Part shown: piece by piece, positions 37,273-47,801 of the stretch
Layout of the letters: each line of letters begins with the position of its first letter
Position numbering within the stretch: the first letter of the stretch is position 1
DNA from: Candidatus Latescibacterota bacterium
GTDB lineage: Bacteria > Latescibacterota > UBA2968 > UBA8231
Direction: 5' to 3'
NCBI GenBank assembly: GCA_965200315.1
Contig: OZ241362.1
Location: 1,472,001 to 1,536,000, forward strand
DNA: 64,000 nucleotides
Position numbers and translations under genes: made by a program
The notes under the pieces: model-generated
Told to the model about the DNA's origin: nothing
Seen by the model: the letters and a program-made list of their open reading frames with translations, nothing else
Database searches by the model: none

Positions 37273-39372
37273 ATGGCGCGCAGCACTCGCCTTTTTTTCT
37301 GCGCGCTCCTACTAGTCGCCCTCGCACTGCGGCTGGGCTATCTGTGGGAACATCGCGCCAATCCCTTCTTCGACGCGCCCGTAGTCGACGCCCAGACCTT
37401 TCTCAAACAGGCCCAAGCCCTTCTTGCCAGCGGTCCATTTTGGGAAGGAGACGAACCGTATTGGCAACCCCCCCTCTACGTCTACCTGCTGACACTCGTT
37501 TGCTGGCTCCTTCCAGCCTCGTACTTCGTCGGTATCCGGCTCGTACACGTGGGCCTCGGCGTTGTTTCCTGCCTATTGGTGTACGCATTGGCCCGGTACG
37601 CCTTTGGCGAGCAGGTTGGCCGCATCGCCGGCTTCATGGCGGCTTTATGCGGTTCTTTGCTCTACTTTGAAGGCGAGCTATTGGCCGTGCCAGTGGAAGT
37701 CTTCCTCAATCTCCTGCTCCTATACGGCCTGTTGCTGGCGTGGAGACGCGATCATGGGCACTATTGGGTGCTAACCGGCCTCATCGCGGGCCTTGCGGCT
37801 CTCACTCGTCCCAATATCTTGCTCTTTATCGCGGCCTTTTGCGCCTGGGCACTGTGGCACCGGCGCACATCTGCCTATCGTTCCCTGTTCTTTTTCATCG
37901 TTCCCATAGCCTTGGTTATCCTGCCCGTTACCTATCGCAACTGGACTATTGAGTCGGATCTCGTCTTTATCTCCTCCAATGCCGGCGTCAATTTCTACAT
38001 TGGCAACAACGCCGACTACGAGCACACGGTCTCGCTGCGTCCGGGTATGCAGTGGGAGACCATGATCGCCGAGGCGGAAAACTCTGGGCACAAGACCGCA
38101 GCCGCCCAATCGGCCTTTTTCTTAGGCAAAGCCCTCGATTACATAACCACGCAGCCCCTCGATTATCTCGGTCTGCTCTGCAAAAAGGCATTCCACTTTT
38201 GGAGCGGCCCAGAGATTAAGCGCAATCAAGACATATACTACGCCCGCCAACACTCGCAGATTTTGAGTTTCTTGCTCTGGGATTGGCATGTGTCGATACC
38301 CTTCGGCCTGATCGGCCCGCTGAGCTTACTTGGCTTGGGGCTGAGTATGAGGGGGGAGTGGACGCCGCCGATTGCCTTGCTACGGATCTACGCTCTCGTA
38401 TATACGGCCTCGGTCATACTTTTTTTTCCCGTAGCCCGCTACCGCATGCCAGTCGTGCCGGTGCTGATCGCTTTTGCTGCTTTTGCCGCCTTTCACATCT
38501 ACTTAGGCGTGCGCCGCAGAGCCTATATCCGCACCACAGTGCTCGCCTTGCCTCTAGTAGGTCTATTAGTCCTGTGCAACATAACCGAGGCCGCGCCGAC
38601 TGGAGAAGACGCTCAACTCTACTTCGACCTTGGCGAGGTTCATCTGCGCAAGCAAGACTACGCCCTGTCTGTGCGTTACTCGCGCCGGGCACTGGAATTG
38701 GACCCAGAGTACAATTATGCCCGCCACAATCTAGCCGTGGCGTACTTTCACCAAGAGTGCTATGGGGAAAGCGAACACGAGGCCCTCCAGACCCTAGCGG
38801 AAAATCCCCGGCGCACCGACACTCGCGTCCTCCTAGGCCGGATTTACCTAGCGACCAATAAACCACAGCAAGCCGCAGCACATTTACGTCACGTCCTCAA
38901 ACGAGATCCAGAGTCCGGCATGGCCCACTACTACTATGGTCGCCTGCTCTATCGCCAAGGGCACTATGCCGAGGCCGCAACCCACTTGCAACAGGCACTT
39001 TCTTGGCAGCCACAGGACTTCTGGCTGCACTACGAGCTGGGGAGAGCCTTCCAGCAAGCCGGGCAAGCCAAAGCCGCACTCGACCAGTACCACCAAGCCC
39101 TATCGCTCGCAAGGCGACCCGAAGCCCTAAATGCCATCGGTGCCTTGCACTTACTCGCTGGGCGCACACAGGAGGCGCAAACGCATTTTCTTCAAGCCAT
39201 AGAACTAGCCCCGGATAATCCAGAAGTTCACGTCAACCTCGCGCTCATCGAACTTGAAAATGGGGACCATGCCGCGGCCATTGACCGGCTGCGGCAAGTG
39301 CTGGCGAGCGGTACCTTCCCCCACGCGCAGCGCCTGCTCGACGAAGCCTATCGCCGCCTCGAATCGCCATAG
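37273..39372 (+). CDS. GT-C (ArnT/PMT-like, family 39) glycosyltransferase fused to C-terminal TPRs
   Basis: Polytopic N-terminus with PPLY, LTRPN, G.NFYIGN, RYRMP; TPRs from about aa 450. Confidence 0.85.
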   Translation: MARSTRLFFCALLLVALALRLGYLWEHRANPFFDAPVVDAQTFLKQAQALLASGPFWEGDEPYWQPPLYVYLLTLVCWLLPASYFVGIRLVHVGLGVVSCLLVYALARYAFGEQVGRIAGFMAALCGSLLYFEGELLAVPVEVFLNLLLLYGLLLAWRRDHGHYWVLTGLIAGLAALTRPNILLFIAAFCAWALWHRRTSAYRSLFFFIVPIALVILPVTYRNWTIESDLVFISSNAGVNFYIGNNADYEHTVSLRPGMQWETMIAEAENSGHKTAAAQSAFFLGKALDYITTQPLDYLGLLCKKAFHFWSGPEIKRNQDIYYARQHSQILSFLLWDWHVSIPFGLIGPLSLLGLGLSMRGEWTPPIALLRIYALVYTASVILFFPVARYRMPVVPVLIAFAAFAAFHIYLGVRRRAYIRTTVLALPLVGLLVLCNITEAAPTGEDAQLYFDLGEVHLRKQDYALSVRYSRRALELDPEYNYARHNLAVAYFHQECYGESEHEALQTLAENPRRTDTRVLLGRIYLATNKPQQAAAHLRHVLKRDPESGMAHYYYGRLLYRQGHYAEAATHLQQALSWQPQDFWLHYELGRAFQQAGQAKAALDQYHQALSLARRPEALNAIGALHLLAGRTQEAQTHFLQAIELAPDNPEVHVNLALIELENGDHAAAIDRLRQVLASGTFPHAQRLLDEAYRRLESP

Positions 39373-39497
39373 GAGGTTCCTTGTCTAGCTGCCTCCAAGC
39401 TCTTTTACTTCTTTCTTGCACGGCACCCATCTTCAGTGCTGGGCCGCTCTTTACCGACGAAACCCAAGCATCAATCGCTTCATATCGGAGTAAACTT

Positions 39498-40832
39498 ATG
39501 CGTCTTATCCTGCTTTTTTTGGTCTTATGTACCGCCTGTACCCGCGAAACACCCGATCCACCCCAAGCTCCTGCCTCGCCCACCGACTCGGCAGCCCAGA
39601 CCTTTGCCGCTGGTCGCGCACTCCAAGCCCGCGGCCTCTTTACCCCAGCCGAGCAAGCCTATCGCCAAGCACTGCAACAAGCTCCAGACAACCCCCAATA
39701 CCACTACTATCTCGGCGTTGTATTGCATGCCCAGAGTCGTTTTGCCGAGGCGCAGGCCCAGTTTGAGAAGGCGCTTGATCTAGAACCCGACTACGCTGGC
39801 CCCCGCATCGCCTTGGGCAAAATGTTCTATGATGTGCATGGAAAAGTAGAAGAGGCTCGTCAACTCCTCACCGAGGCACTGGAACTAGCCCCCAACGCCG
39901 TCGAAGCGCGGTATATCTTGGGCGTGATCCACCAACGCGAAGGCCAGCTACAAGAGGCCCGCGAAATTTTCGCCGCCATCGCCGCGGCCGACTCTACCCA
40001 CCTTCAAGCTCGGCTACAGCTAGGTCTAGCAGACCTAAAGTTGGGCAACTACCAAGAGGCCGAGCGCCAACTGCGCCAAGTCGCGCACCTGAGTCCCCAC
40101 GAGCCGGCCGCGTTTCTCGGAATCGGGCAAGCTCTGTTGCGCATGGGCCGCGCCGCAGAAGGGCAACGCGCCCTTGAGCGTAGGCACGTCTTGGACGAAC
40201 AAAACGCCCAGCTCAAGCCCCACCAAGACGCGGTGCGCCAGAACCCCGATCAACCCCAAGCCCACTCCAATCTCGCCGCCCTCTACAGCCGCTTTGGGCG
40301 TCTCAAACTGGCCGTCGAGCACTACCGCCAGTCCATCCTCATCGACTCAACCTATGGCCTAGGGTACCAAGGATTGGGCACCCTGCTCCAGCGTCGGGAC
40401 AAGGACGAGTTGGCAGCGCGTTACTACCTCGAAGCCCTGAGCCACGACTCGACCTTGGCCGAAAGCCACAACAATCTGGGCTTGATCTTTCACAAGCGGG
40501 GGGAACTAGAAAAGGCCCTCAAACAATACGAGCGGGCCGTGCGATTTTCCCCATCTACGGGTTTTTACCACTCCAATCTCGGCAATGCGTATCTCGAAAT
40601 GGATCGACTAGACCAAGCGCAGGCAGCCATCGAGCAGGCCATCGAATTAGACGCAAAGCTCTATAGTGCTCACATACTGCTCGGCGATATCCATGCCCGC
40701 CGCGGAGAATTCGCCCGGGCCATTGCGCTCTGGGAGGACATTCCGTCTGGTGGGGCGGGCAGTGAGGCTTTACAAACCAAAATGGCCGAGGCCCGACGAC
40801 AGCTCTCCGCGCAAGGGGACGCGCCGCGATGA
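39498..40832 (+). CDS. TPR-containing putative lipoprotein
   Basis: MRLILLFLVLCTAC signal; repeated TPRs (ESHNNLG etc.). The frame is also open back to a TTG at 39381. Confidence 0.8.
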   Translation: MRLILLFLVLCTACTRETPDPPQAPASPTDSAAQTFAAGRALQARGLFTPAEQAYRQALQQAPDNPQYHYYLGVVLHAQSRFAEAQAQFEKALDLEPDYAGPRIALGKMFYDVHGKVEEARQLLTEALELAPNAVEARYILGVIHQREGQLQEAREIFAAIAAADSTHLQARLQLGLADLKLGNYQEAERQLRQVAHLSPHEPAAFLGIGQALLRMGRAAEGQRALERRHVLDEQNAQLKPHQDAVRQNPDQPQAHSNLAALYSRFGRLKLAVEHYRQSILIDSTYGLGYQGLGTLLQRRDKDELAARYYLEALSHDSTLAESHNNLGLIFHKRGELEKALKQYERAVRFSPSTGFYHSNLGNAYLEMDRLDQAQAAIEQAIELDAKLYSAHILLGDIHARRGEFARAIALWEDIPSGGAGSEALQTKMAEARRQLSAQGDAPR

Positions 40833-42331
40833 GCTTGGCTGTCCTGCTCGCCGCACTATGGGCGATGTTGAGTGGTTGCGGCTTAGATCTCGCCCCGGAA
40901 AAAGAAAGCGACCGCTTGGTGCAGGCGGGGCGCAACTTCGCCGCAGAACACCGCTACGCCGAGGCGCACCACGCCTTTGAAGAAGCTCTAGCTCTAGACT
41001 CACTCGATGCCGCAGCGCACTGTGCATTGGGCGATCTCGCCGCTCGGCTTGGGCACGTTGAGCGGGCCGTCCAAGCCTACAAAGCCGCGATCGCAGCCGA
41101 CTCCACCTATCATCGCGCTCGGCATAATCTAGCGGTAATCGAAGCCGACCGGGGGCACCTGCCGCTGGCCATCGAGTTGCTCGAACGTATTCCGACCTAC
41201 GTTCCTGCCCTCCGCACCCTACCTCTCTTCTACGCCAAACAGGGGCACTACGACCTAGCCGAAAAAGGATTGCACACTGCACTAGAGGTAGGCAGGGAAG
41301 ACCTTGACGTGCGGCAACAACTCGGCCGACTCTATGTGCGTCAAGGACGCTACGACGAGGCCCGAGCCGCACTCGACTTAGCCCTCGCCCAAGACTCGAC
41401 CCTAGCCGAGAGTCATCGTCTGCTGGGTTTGTTGCACCTAGCCGAGCGGCGTTACCCAGCGGCACTGGCGACCTTTCGCCGTGCGCTCGCGCTCGACCCG
41501 CACTTAATCGAGGCTCACTACAATCTTTCTTCGGCACTTTTGGGATTGGGACAGCCAACTCAAGCGCAAGCGGCACTGGCGCGTTTTGAGACCCTCGCTG
41601 CCCACGCTGCTCAAATCGCGCACCTGCGTCGCCAGCTCGACACCGATCCCGACCATCGCGAGACTCGCTTGCAACTAGCCCATCACTATCGGAAACTGGG
41701 GAGGGACGACGACGCTCTCACCCACTATCGGGCCATATTACTGACTGACCCAGCCGACTTAGAGGCCCTAATTTCGCTAAGCGGGCTTTTGTCGGCGCGC
41801 GGAGAAGATCAAGAAGTGCTCGAACTATGCCGCCGAGGCATCTCTCAGCACCCAGAGGATGTGCGCACCAGCAAGCTCCATTTCACCCGTGGCTATGTCT
41901 ATATGCGGCACAGCCAGTACCAAGAGGCTCGCACGGCCTTTGAGCACGCACTGGCGCTAGATTCTTCCTCGGCTACAGCTTGGAACAACCTCGGTCACGT
42001 ACGACTAAGTTTGGGAGAGGAAGCGGCAGCGCAACGAGCACTGGAGGCGGCCATTGCCGCCGATTCAACGCTGGCCGATGCTCACTACAATCTCGGCAGT
42101 CTGTTCTTGCAAAAAGGGCAGCTAGCGCAAGCGCAACGAGCCTATCGGGCGGCGATTGTCGCCGATTCGACCTTTGCGCGGGCTTATTACGCGCTAGCAA
42201 CGGTGTACCAAGCCCAAGGCAAAATCTCGGAGGCACGCCGTTGCTACCAAACCTTTATCGACAAGTGGCAAGGCACCCCAGACTTCCTGCGCCAAGCCCG
42301 CGAACGGCTCGCCCAACTGCCGAGTCCCTGA
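40829..42331 (+). CDS. TPR-containing lipoprotein
   Basis: Lipobox LSGC; AHYNL/AWNNLG TPR repeats; ATGA overlap. Confidence 0.85.
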   Translation: MSLAVLLAALWAMLSGCGLDLAPEKESDRLVQAGRNFAAEHRYAEAHHAFEEALALDSLDAAAHCALGDLAARLGHVERAVQAYKAAIAADSTYHRARHNLAVIEADRGHLPLAIELLERIPTYVPALRTLPLFYAKQGHYDLAEKGLHTALEVGREDLDVRQQLGRLYVRQGRYDEARAALDLALAQDSTLAESHRLLGLLHLAERRYPAALATFRRALALDPHLIEAHYNLSSALLGLGQPTQAQAALARFETLAAHAAQIAHLRRQLDTDPDHRETRLQLAHHYRKLGRDDDALTHYRAILLTDPADLEALISLSGLLSARGEDQEVLELCRRGISQHPEDVRTSKLHFTRGYVYMRHSQYQEARTAFEHALALDSSSATAWNNLGHVRLSLGEEAAAQRALEAAIAADSTLADAHYNLGSLFLQKGQLAQAQRAYRAAIVADSTFARAYYALATVYQAQGKISEARRCYQTFIDKWQGTPDFLRQARERLAQLPSP

Positions 42332-42332
42332 T

Positions 42333-44054
42333 ATGTCCATACTAGTCCTTCTCATCTGCTTTCTCTGTCTGGCCTGTAACTCCACCGAAGACACCGCGCC
42401 ACCTGCGCCGTTGCAGCACGCCGCGCCCATAGCCTCGTCTCTCCGCTTTGTCGAAGTTGCGTCTGCCGTCGGCCTGACATGGCAGCACGAAAACGGCCGC
42501 AGTCCCCAGCGCTACTTCCCCGAGACCATGGGCGGTGGGGGTGCCTTCTTTGACTACGACGGCGATGGCGATCTGGATGTTTACGCTGTAAATGGTGCTT
42601 TTATCACTGCCGGTCCGCAGGATGCGGACCCTGTCAATAGACTCTTTCGCAACGATGGCCAGCGCTTTATCTCGGTCGCGGCCGGAGTCGCCCATCGAGG
42701 CGTTGGCATGGGGGTTGCCGCGGCCGACTACGACCGCGACGGCGACCTCGACCTCTATCTGACCAACTTTGGCCCCAACGCACTCTTTCGCAACGACGAC
42801 GGACACTTTGCCGAAATCGGACGGCAGACAGGCGTCGCCGATGCACACTGGGGCACCAGTTGCGCCTTTGCCGATTATGACCGCGACGGCGACCTCGACC
42901 TCTATGTCGCCAACTACGTGTCCTACGATCCAGCCGCAGCCCGCACCAACCAAGTGCCCTATATGGCCAGCTATGAAAGCTATGGCGGCCAAGCACCTGT
43001 CGGCTATCCGCATCCAGACAACTTCGCGGGGCAAGCCGATCTGCTCTACCGCAACGACGGCACAGGAGACTTTGTCGATGTCTCGGCCGGGGCGGGCATC
43101 GCCGATGCGAGCGGCAAGGGGCTAGGGGTGGTTTTTGGCGACTACGACAACGACGGTTGGCCCGACATCTATGTGGCCAACGATGCGGTGCGCAACTTTT
43201 TTTACCACAACAACCAAGACGGGACCTTTGCCGAACGAGCGGGACTAGCCGGGGTATCTTATGGCCAAGACGGACAAATGGAAGCGGGCATGGGGGTAGA
43301 TTGGGGGGATTACAACGGCGACGGTGTACTCGATTTGACGGTGACCAACTTCCAGGCCGAGCCCAACGCGCTCTATCGGGGCGAAGGGGGCTTCTTCTCG
43401 GTTGCGACCTTTGCCGCCGGGGTGGGCTTGCCGTCGCTGCCCTTGCTCGGATTTGGCACTCAGTTTTTCGACCCCGACCTCGATGGCGACCTCGACCTGT
43501 TTGCCGCCAACGGCCACGTCCTCGACAACGTTCGCGACATCGACCAATCCACCAGCTATGGACAGCGCAATTTGCTCTTCCGCAATGACGGCGGCCGCTT
43601 CGCCGAGGTTTCCGCAGCGGCCGGCCCCGGCTTCGCCTTAGAGCGAGTCAGCCGCGGCAGTGCCACCGGCGACTACGACAGCGACGGCGACCCCGATCTA
43701 CTGGTTTTTAATTCCGGGCAACCGCTCAGCTTGCTGCGCAACGACCACGGCGACGCCAATCACTGGATCACCATTCGGCTAGCGGGAGCCAACGGCAACC
43801 CAAACGGCATCGGTTCTCGCCTGACGGCGACTAGCGGCGACTTGGTCCAGACTAGGGAACTGCGCGGCAGCCGCTCGTACCTATCGCAAAGCCAGCTTCG
43901 CATCTGTTTGGGACTGGGCAAACGGCCGCAACTCGACTCGCTAGCAGTGCGCTGGCCTTCTGGCCGCGTGGAGCGATTCGGTCCCTTTGCAGTCAACCAA
44001 GCCATCACACTCGTCGAAGGCGAGGGTATTAGCGCGGCTTCTGACCCGCCCTAA
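42333..44054 (+). CDS. CRTAC1-family protein (FG-GAP/VCBS repeats + ASPIC/UnbV)
   Basis: ETMGGG, repeated DYD.DGDLD, SYLSQ...GLG...V.WPSG. Confidence 0.9.
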   Translation: MSILVLLICFLCLACNSTEDTAPPAPLQHAAPIASSLRFVEVASAVGLTWQHENGRSPQRYFPETMGGGGAFFDYDGDGDLDVYAVNGAFITAGPQDADPVNRLFRNDGQRFISVAAGVAHRGVGMGVAAADYDRDGDLDLYLTNFGPNALFRNDDGHFAEIGRQTGVADAHWGTSCAFADYDRDGDLDLYVANYVSYDPAAARTNQVPYMASYESYGGQAPVGYPHPDNFAGQADLLYRNDGTGDFVDVSAGAGIADASGKGLGVVFGDYDNDGWPDIYVANDAVRNFFYHNNQDGTFAERAGLAGVSYGQDGQMEAGMGVDWGDYNGDGVLDLTVTNFQAEPNALYRGEGGFFSVATFAAGVGLPSLPLLGFGTQFFDPDLDGDLDLFAANGHVLDNVRDIDQSTSYGQRNLLFRNDGGRFAEVSAAAGPGFALERVSRGSATGDYDSDGDPDLLVFNSGQPLSLLRNDHGDANHWITIRLAGANGNPNGIGSRLTATSGDLVQTRELRGSRSYLSQSQLRICLGLGKRPQLDSLAVRWPSGRVERFGPFAVNQAITLVEGEGISAASDPP

Positions 44055-46047
44055 TCTGCGCGACGAGTGCCCGGCCGAACGCCTCTTGGCCCTGCTCGGC
44101 GGCTATTTCTACCGCATATCGCTCAGCGTCAGCCAAGCGGCCCGCAGTCATTAGTTCGGCGACGAGCAATTCTAGCAGATCCGTCGTGAACGTCTTGCGG
44201 ATGTTCGCGTCTTGCGCAGTGCGCTCTAGCGCTGCTAACGCCCTGATATGCTCTCCGAGCAAATGGTAGGTATAGCCGCGAATAAAATCCTGGAGTCCTA
44301 AAGAAAAGTCCGGGGCCGCGCTCAAAAAGCGCAAGCGGTCCAACAGGCCACTGAGCGCGGCGTGCTCAGCCGGACCAATAGGATTCCCCGCGAGTTGTCC
44401 ACAACGCACCTGGCGCAGCGTACTCCACAAATCGCCCCATATCGTATAAGGCTCCTCCAAACGGGCCGCACGATAATAGGCCCGTGCGCGATCGTACTCC
44501 TGAGCGGCGTAACATGCGTCAGCCACATTCAGCACCAATAGCTCCGGCCCCTCTCCCGTTTGCCAGCGTTCGACTCCGTTCTGCTCTCCGGCGCTTAGTT
44601 CGTCCCACAGGGCTACGGCCTGCTGACGCAAGGTCTGCACTCGATGCTCGTTCCCCGCATCCAAAGGCGGCGCGGCCAAGAGCCCGGCCATGGCCCGCAG
44701 CACGGCCAGCCGCTCAACGGGCAAATCACCGAGCCTACGGCCGTATTCGTCGGCTGTCGCCAACCGATCAGCAGCCCCGGGCGCGACCTTCCAAGGGGCC
44801 GGTGCTCCTTCCAGCGCAGCGACAATGGACCGGGCCAAGAGCACTTGGCCAGCCGCGGCCGGATGTAGGTGATCGGCCATCAGCTCCCAACCTACGCCGG
44901 CCGCCGGGCTGTGGCGGCGGAAGTGCGCCTCGACATCGGCGAGGAATACCTCTTCTTCGGCCGCGACTCGGCGCACGACTTCGTTTAAGGCTGCGGTTGC
45001 CCGCCAAGGCCGCGGATCCAACTCACGCGCCTGCACATAAGCCGCCCGTGCCCTATTCCCACGGCCCAACTGCTCTAAGTGATAACCGCGCAAGAAGTGC
45101 AAATAAGCGCCGTCTGCATAGAGCACCTCGGCCTGCGCCAAGGCCGCCAACGCGGTCAGCGACGCTTGCTTTCTATGGCCCTGCGCCAAAAAATCCATAT
45201 AGCGCGGGCGCACCTCATCTGGCAAAGGCGGCTCAATGTGCGCGGGCGCAAAACCGCGCTCGTTGCTGGTCACCGTACAGAGCACCAAGGGAATGCGCCG
45301 CGCTCGGCAAAAGGCCACCACATCGCGGATATTGGTCTCCAAATTGGCCGCTGCCTGCGCCCGCCGCGGATCGGACGCTGGGATTGCGCCGGCCTTAGAC
45401 ATCACCTCGATTAAGGGACCATCCGACCCCTCTTTTCCCAACGGCCCTATCAGCTTGCCAACCAAGGGCCTCAACCGCCATTGCACTAGCGCGTAGTGGA
45501 CCCGCTTCATCCACACGGCTTGCCCCCCTTGGGCCAATGAGGCCGCTCCATACACCCCGTATAGCTCGTTGTGTCCAGTATAGACTACGACCAAGTCCAC
45601 CCCGAGCGCGGCTGTGCCGTCTTCTACGGCGCGAGCCACGGCAAAGCTCGAAGCAGCGGTAATTCCGGCGTTAAAGACCTCAATTTGGCGCGTTGGGAAG
45701 AGGTCGCCGAGCATTTCTTGTAGATAAGACGGAGCCGATAAACGCTTGGGGTGGGGATAGCCCTGTACGGTCGAACCCCCGGCAAAAAGTACGCGCAACG
45801 CGCCCTCGGGCGCGGGTTCGATATAGGGCCTCGGGGTCATGCGGATGCCGCGCTGGATAGGCTCGGCCATGCCGGCAAAGAAGCGACGAGCATAGTCCGG
45901 GTTGACCGCGTGGAGTGCCCGGCCTTCAACGTGCGCTAGTTGGATGACAAACGCCGGCGGATCCAGTGCCGGAATCAGCCGCAACCCGCCTTCGATGAGC
46001 GCGACCAAACCCACGCCGAGCAGCAGTGCCGCGAGCCGACCACGCAT
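44029..46047 (-). CDS. SGNH/GDSL hydrolase-like membrane-anchored protein with TPRs
   Basis: GGST..GYP, NAG, Y.GHNE.YG, DHLHP; TPR segments. Confidence 0.8.
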   Translation of the reverse strand: MRGRLAALLLGVGLVALIEGGLRLIPALDPPAFVIQLAHVEGRALHAVNPDYARRFFAGMAEPIQRGIRMTPRPYIEPAPEGALRVLFAGGSTVQGYPHPKRLSAPSYLQEMLGDLFPTRQIEVFNAGITAASSFAVARAVEDGTAALGVDLVVVYTGHNELYGVYGAASLAQGGQAVWMKRVHYALVQWRLRPLVGKLIGPLGKEGSDGPLIEVMSKAGAIPASDPRRAQAAANLETNIRDVVAFCRARRIPLVLCTVTSNERGFAPAHIEPPLPDEVRPRYMDFLAQGHRKQASLTALAALAQAEVLYADGAYLHFLRGYHLEQLGRGNRARAAYVQARELDPRPWRATAALNEVVRRVAAEEEVFLADVEAHFRRHSPAAGVGWELMADHLHPAAAGQVLLARSIVAALEGAPAPWKVAPGAADRLATADEYGRRLGDLPVERLAVLRAMAGLLAAPPLDAGNEHRVQTLRQQAVALWDELSAGEQNGVERWQTGEGPELLVLNVADACYAAQEYDRARAYYRAARLEEPYTIWGDLWSTLRQVRCGQLAGNPIGPAEHAALSGLLDRLRFLSAAPDFSLGLQDFIRGYTYHLLGEHIRALAALERTAQDANIRKTFTTDLLELLVAELMTAGRLADAERYAVEIAAEQGQEAFGRALVAQIRAGQKPR

Positions 46048-46051
46048 GTTT

Positions 46052-47716
46052 TTAAGGAGTGGCGGCGTAGCGGGCGAGGGCGTCTTGGCGGATGTGTACC
46101 TCGCCTGCGTACGCTTGGCGCAGCGAGTCGAGAAACGCTTCGAAGAGCACGCCTTCACGGCGCTTGCGGATCTTGACGCGAATGGGCCGCTGCACCTGCT
46201 TAAAGGGCAGCAACGCCATCTCGTAAGGCTGGTCGAGGCGGAACACGCTGTATTTCTCTTGTACTTCCATCGGGCCTTGTAGGACCCCGACGTTTTTGGA
46301 ATTGCTGTCGCCAAAGAAGGTGCGGTACGGCGACTGATAGAGCGACTCTATGGTGACCCGACCGCTGTCGGCGAACGTGTGGCCACCTACCGGCTTCATG
46401 CTGGGCCGCACGGAGTGGCGCTGGGCCAACTCCGCTAGCCGCTCCCCGCGCGCTACCCGCGCGAGCATGTCTTCGGCCTCTGCGCGCGTATCGACTAGTA
46501 CCTCGGTCATTTCGATGACGCCGGGCAGAGAGCGGTAGGTATCGAGGTATTTTTCGTAATAGGCTCTAACTTCGGCGTCCGTCACCTCGACCCTACCCTC
46601 GACCTCGTCTAGGCGCAATTGGGACGCGAGAAGCTTCTGGTGCTTTTTCTTTTTCCACTCCACTAGGTCAACTCGCTGCTGCAGTCCCTGAGCGCGGGCT
46701 TCAAGGGCCAGCAGCGAATCGGGAAGAACCCACAACTCAAGCAAGTGGAAGACCGCTGCGCTATCAGGCGGCAGCGCACCTTTTTCCACATCGAGCAGCC
46801 CCTGCACGAAGTCGCCCACCTTGATCGCGCCGCCCGTGTATTCGACCAGCGGTGCCTGCGCTTGTGCTTGGTCCAGTCCACGGCGATGCAGTCCATCGAG
46901 CACAGCGTGGATGCGATCGAGGTGATAGCGCAGGTCGTGCGCCTCCTTGAGCGAATCTATGACTGCTTCGCGCCGACTCCCCCACTTGCGCTGACTCAAC
47001 TGCTTGGCGATATCGCCGCGCAATTTCTCAAAGGGGATGCGCCGCTTTTTGAGAACCTTAATCACCTCATATCCGTCAATCGTGCGGATCGGCTCGCTGA
47101 CTTGGCCTTCCTCCAAGTGGAAGGTGCCATCGCGCAGGCTGGATACGGCACCAGCTTGGTCAAAGAAAGCACCGAGATTGCCGCCTTTGTCTGCGTCTTC
47201 AGCCAAGGAACGTTCTCGTGCCAATTCGGAGAAGCTAGCCCCTGCATCCAGCAGGCGGATGATTTCGCGGGCGTCTTCTTCGCTCGCGGAGAGAATGTGA
47301 GCCGGCCAGATTTCCCAACCTAACGAGTCCTTTTCATAGATCGTACGAAGCTCCTCTTCGGTAATTGTGAGCTGGGCATCGACCATTTCGCGAGACAGCT
47401 CTTCAACTAAGCGCTTATTGACCATCTTGGAAAGCTCGTGTTTCAGGACAGGGAGCTGATCCAGTCCCCGCTTCCTAGCCTCGCGCAGCACGAGTTCCTT
47501 GTCCACCAAGCTCTGTAAATGCGCGTGGTGAGCAGCCACGCCCTCTTTCTTTGAGCGCAGATAGTCGGGTAACTTCTGCTCATAGCGGTCTAGGTCTAGG
47601 GTAGTGATGGCCTTCCCAACGACCGTGGCCAAAACTGTGGCTGAATCGATGGTTTCGTACTCTAGGCCACACCCTGCAAGCACTAGGAAGACAATTAAAA
47701 AATATCTCCACGACAT
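46052..47716 (-). CDS. parvulin-type peptidyl-prolyl isomerase lipoprotein (PrsA/SurA-like, tandem domains)
   Basis: Lipobox LAGC; HIL...F.ELA...S....GGNLG...G.VSEPI...GY.VIK, plus a second degenerate copy. Confidence 0.85.
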   Translation of the reverse strand: MSWRYFLIVFLVLAGCGLEYETIDSATVLATVVGKAITTLDLDRYEQKLPDYLRSKKEGVAAHHAHLQSLVDKELVLREARKRGLDQLPVLKHELSKMVNKRLVEELSREMVDAQLTITEEELRTIYEKDSLGWEIWPAHILSASEEDAREIIRLLDAGASFSELARERSLAEDADKGGNLGAFFDQAGAVSSLRDGTFHLEEGQVSEPIRTIDGYEVIKVLKKRRIPFEKLRGDIAKQLSQRKWGSRREAVIDSLKEAHDLRYHLDRIHAVLDGLHRRGLDQAQAQAPLVEYTGGAIKVGDFVQGLLDVEKGALPPDSAAVFHLLELWVLPDSLLALEARAQGLQQRVDLVEWKKKKHQKLLASQLRLDEVEGRVEVTDAEVRAYYEKYLDTYRSLPGVIEMTEVLVDTRAEAEDMLARVARGERLAELAQRHSVRPSMKPVGGHTFADSGRVTIESLYQSPYRTFFGDSNSKNVGVLQGPMEVQEKYSVFRLDQPYEMALLPFKQVQRPIRVKIRKRREGVLFEAFLDSLRQAYAGEVHIRQDALARYAATP

Positions 47717-47733
47717 ACTTCTCACCTGTGTAC

Positions 47734-47772
47734 AAAATCTGCGCGGTACCGCTCTCATCGCGGCACCGCGCA
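47734..47772 (-). terminator. GC-rich hairpin (terminator or mRNA stabiliser)
   Basis: TGCGCGGTACCGC / GCGGCACCGCGCA stem, followed by GATTTTG on the minus strand. Confidence 0.45.
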
Positions 47773-47801
47773 TCTGAGTGATATTAGCCAGTGATCCCGC
47801 G

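Noticed and set aside
27252-38427. T8/A8 runs (27252, 33935, 38420) as phase-variation tracts
   Set aside because: Short, in frame and explained by Lys/Phe codons
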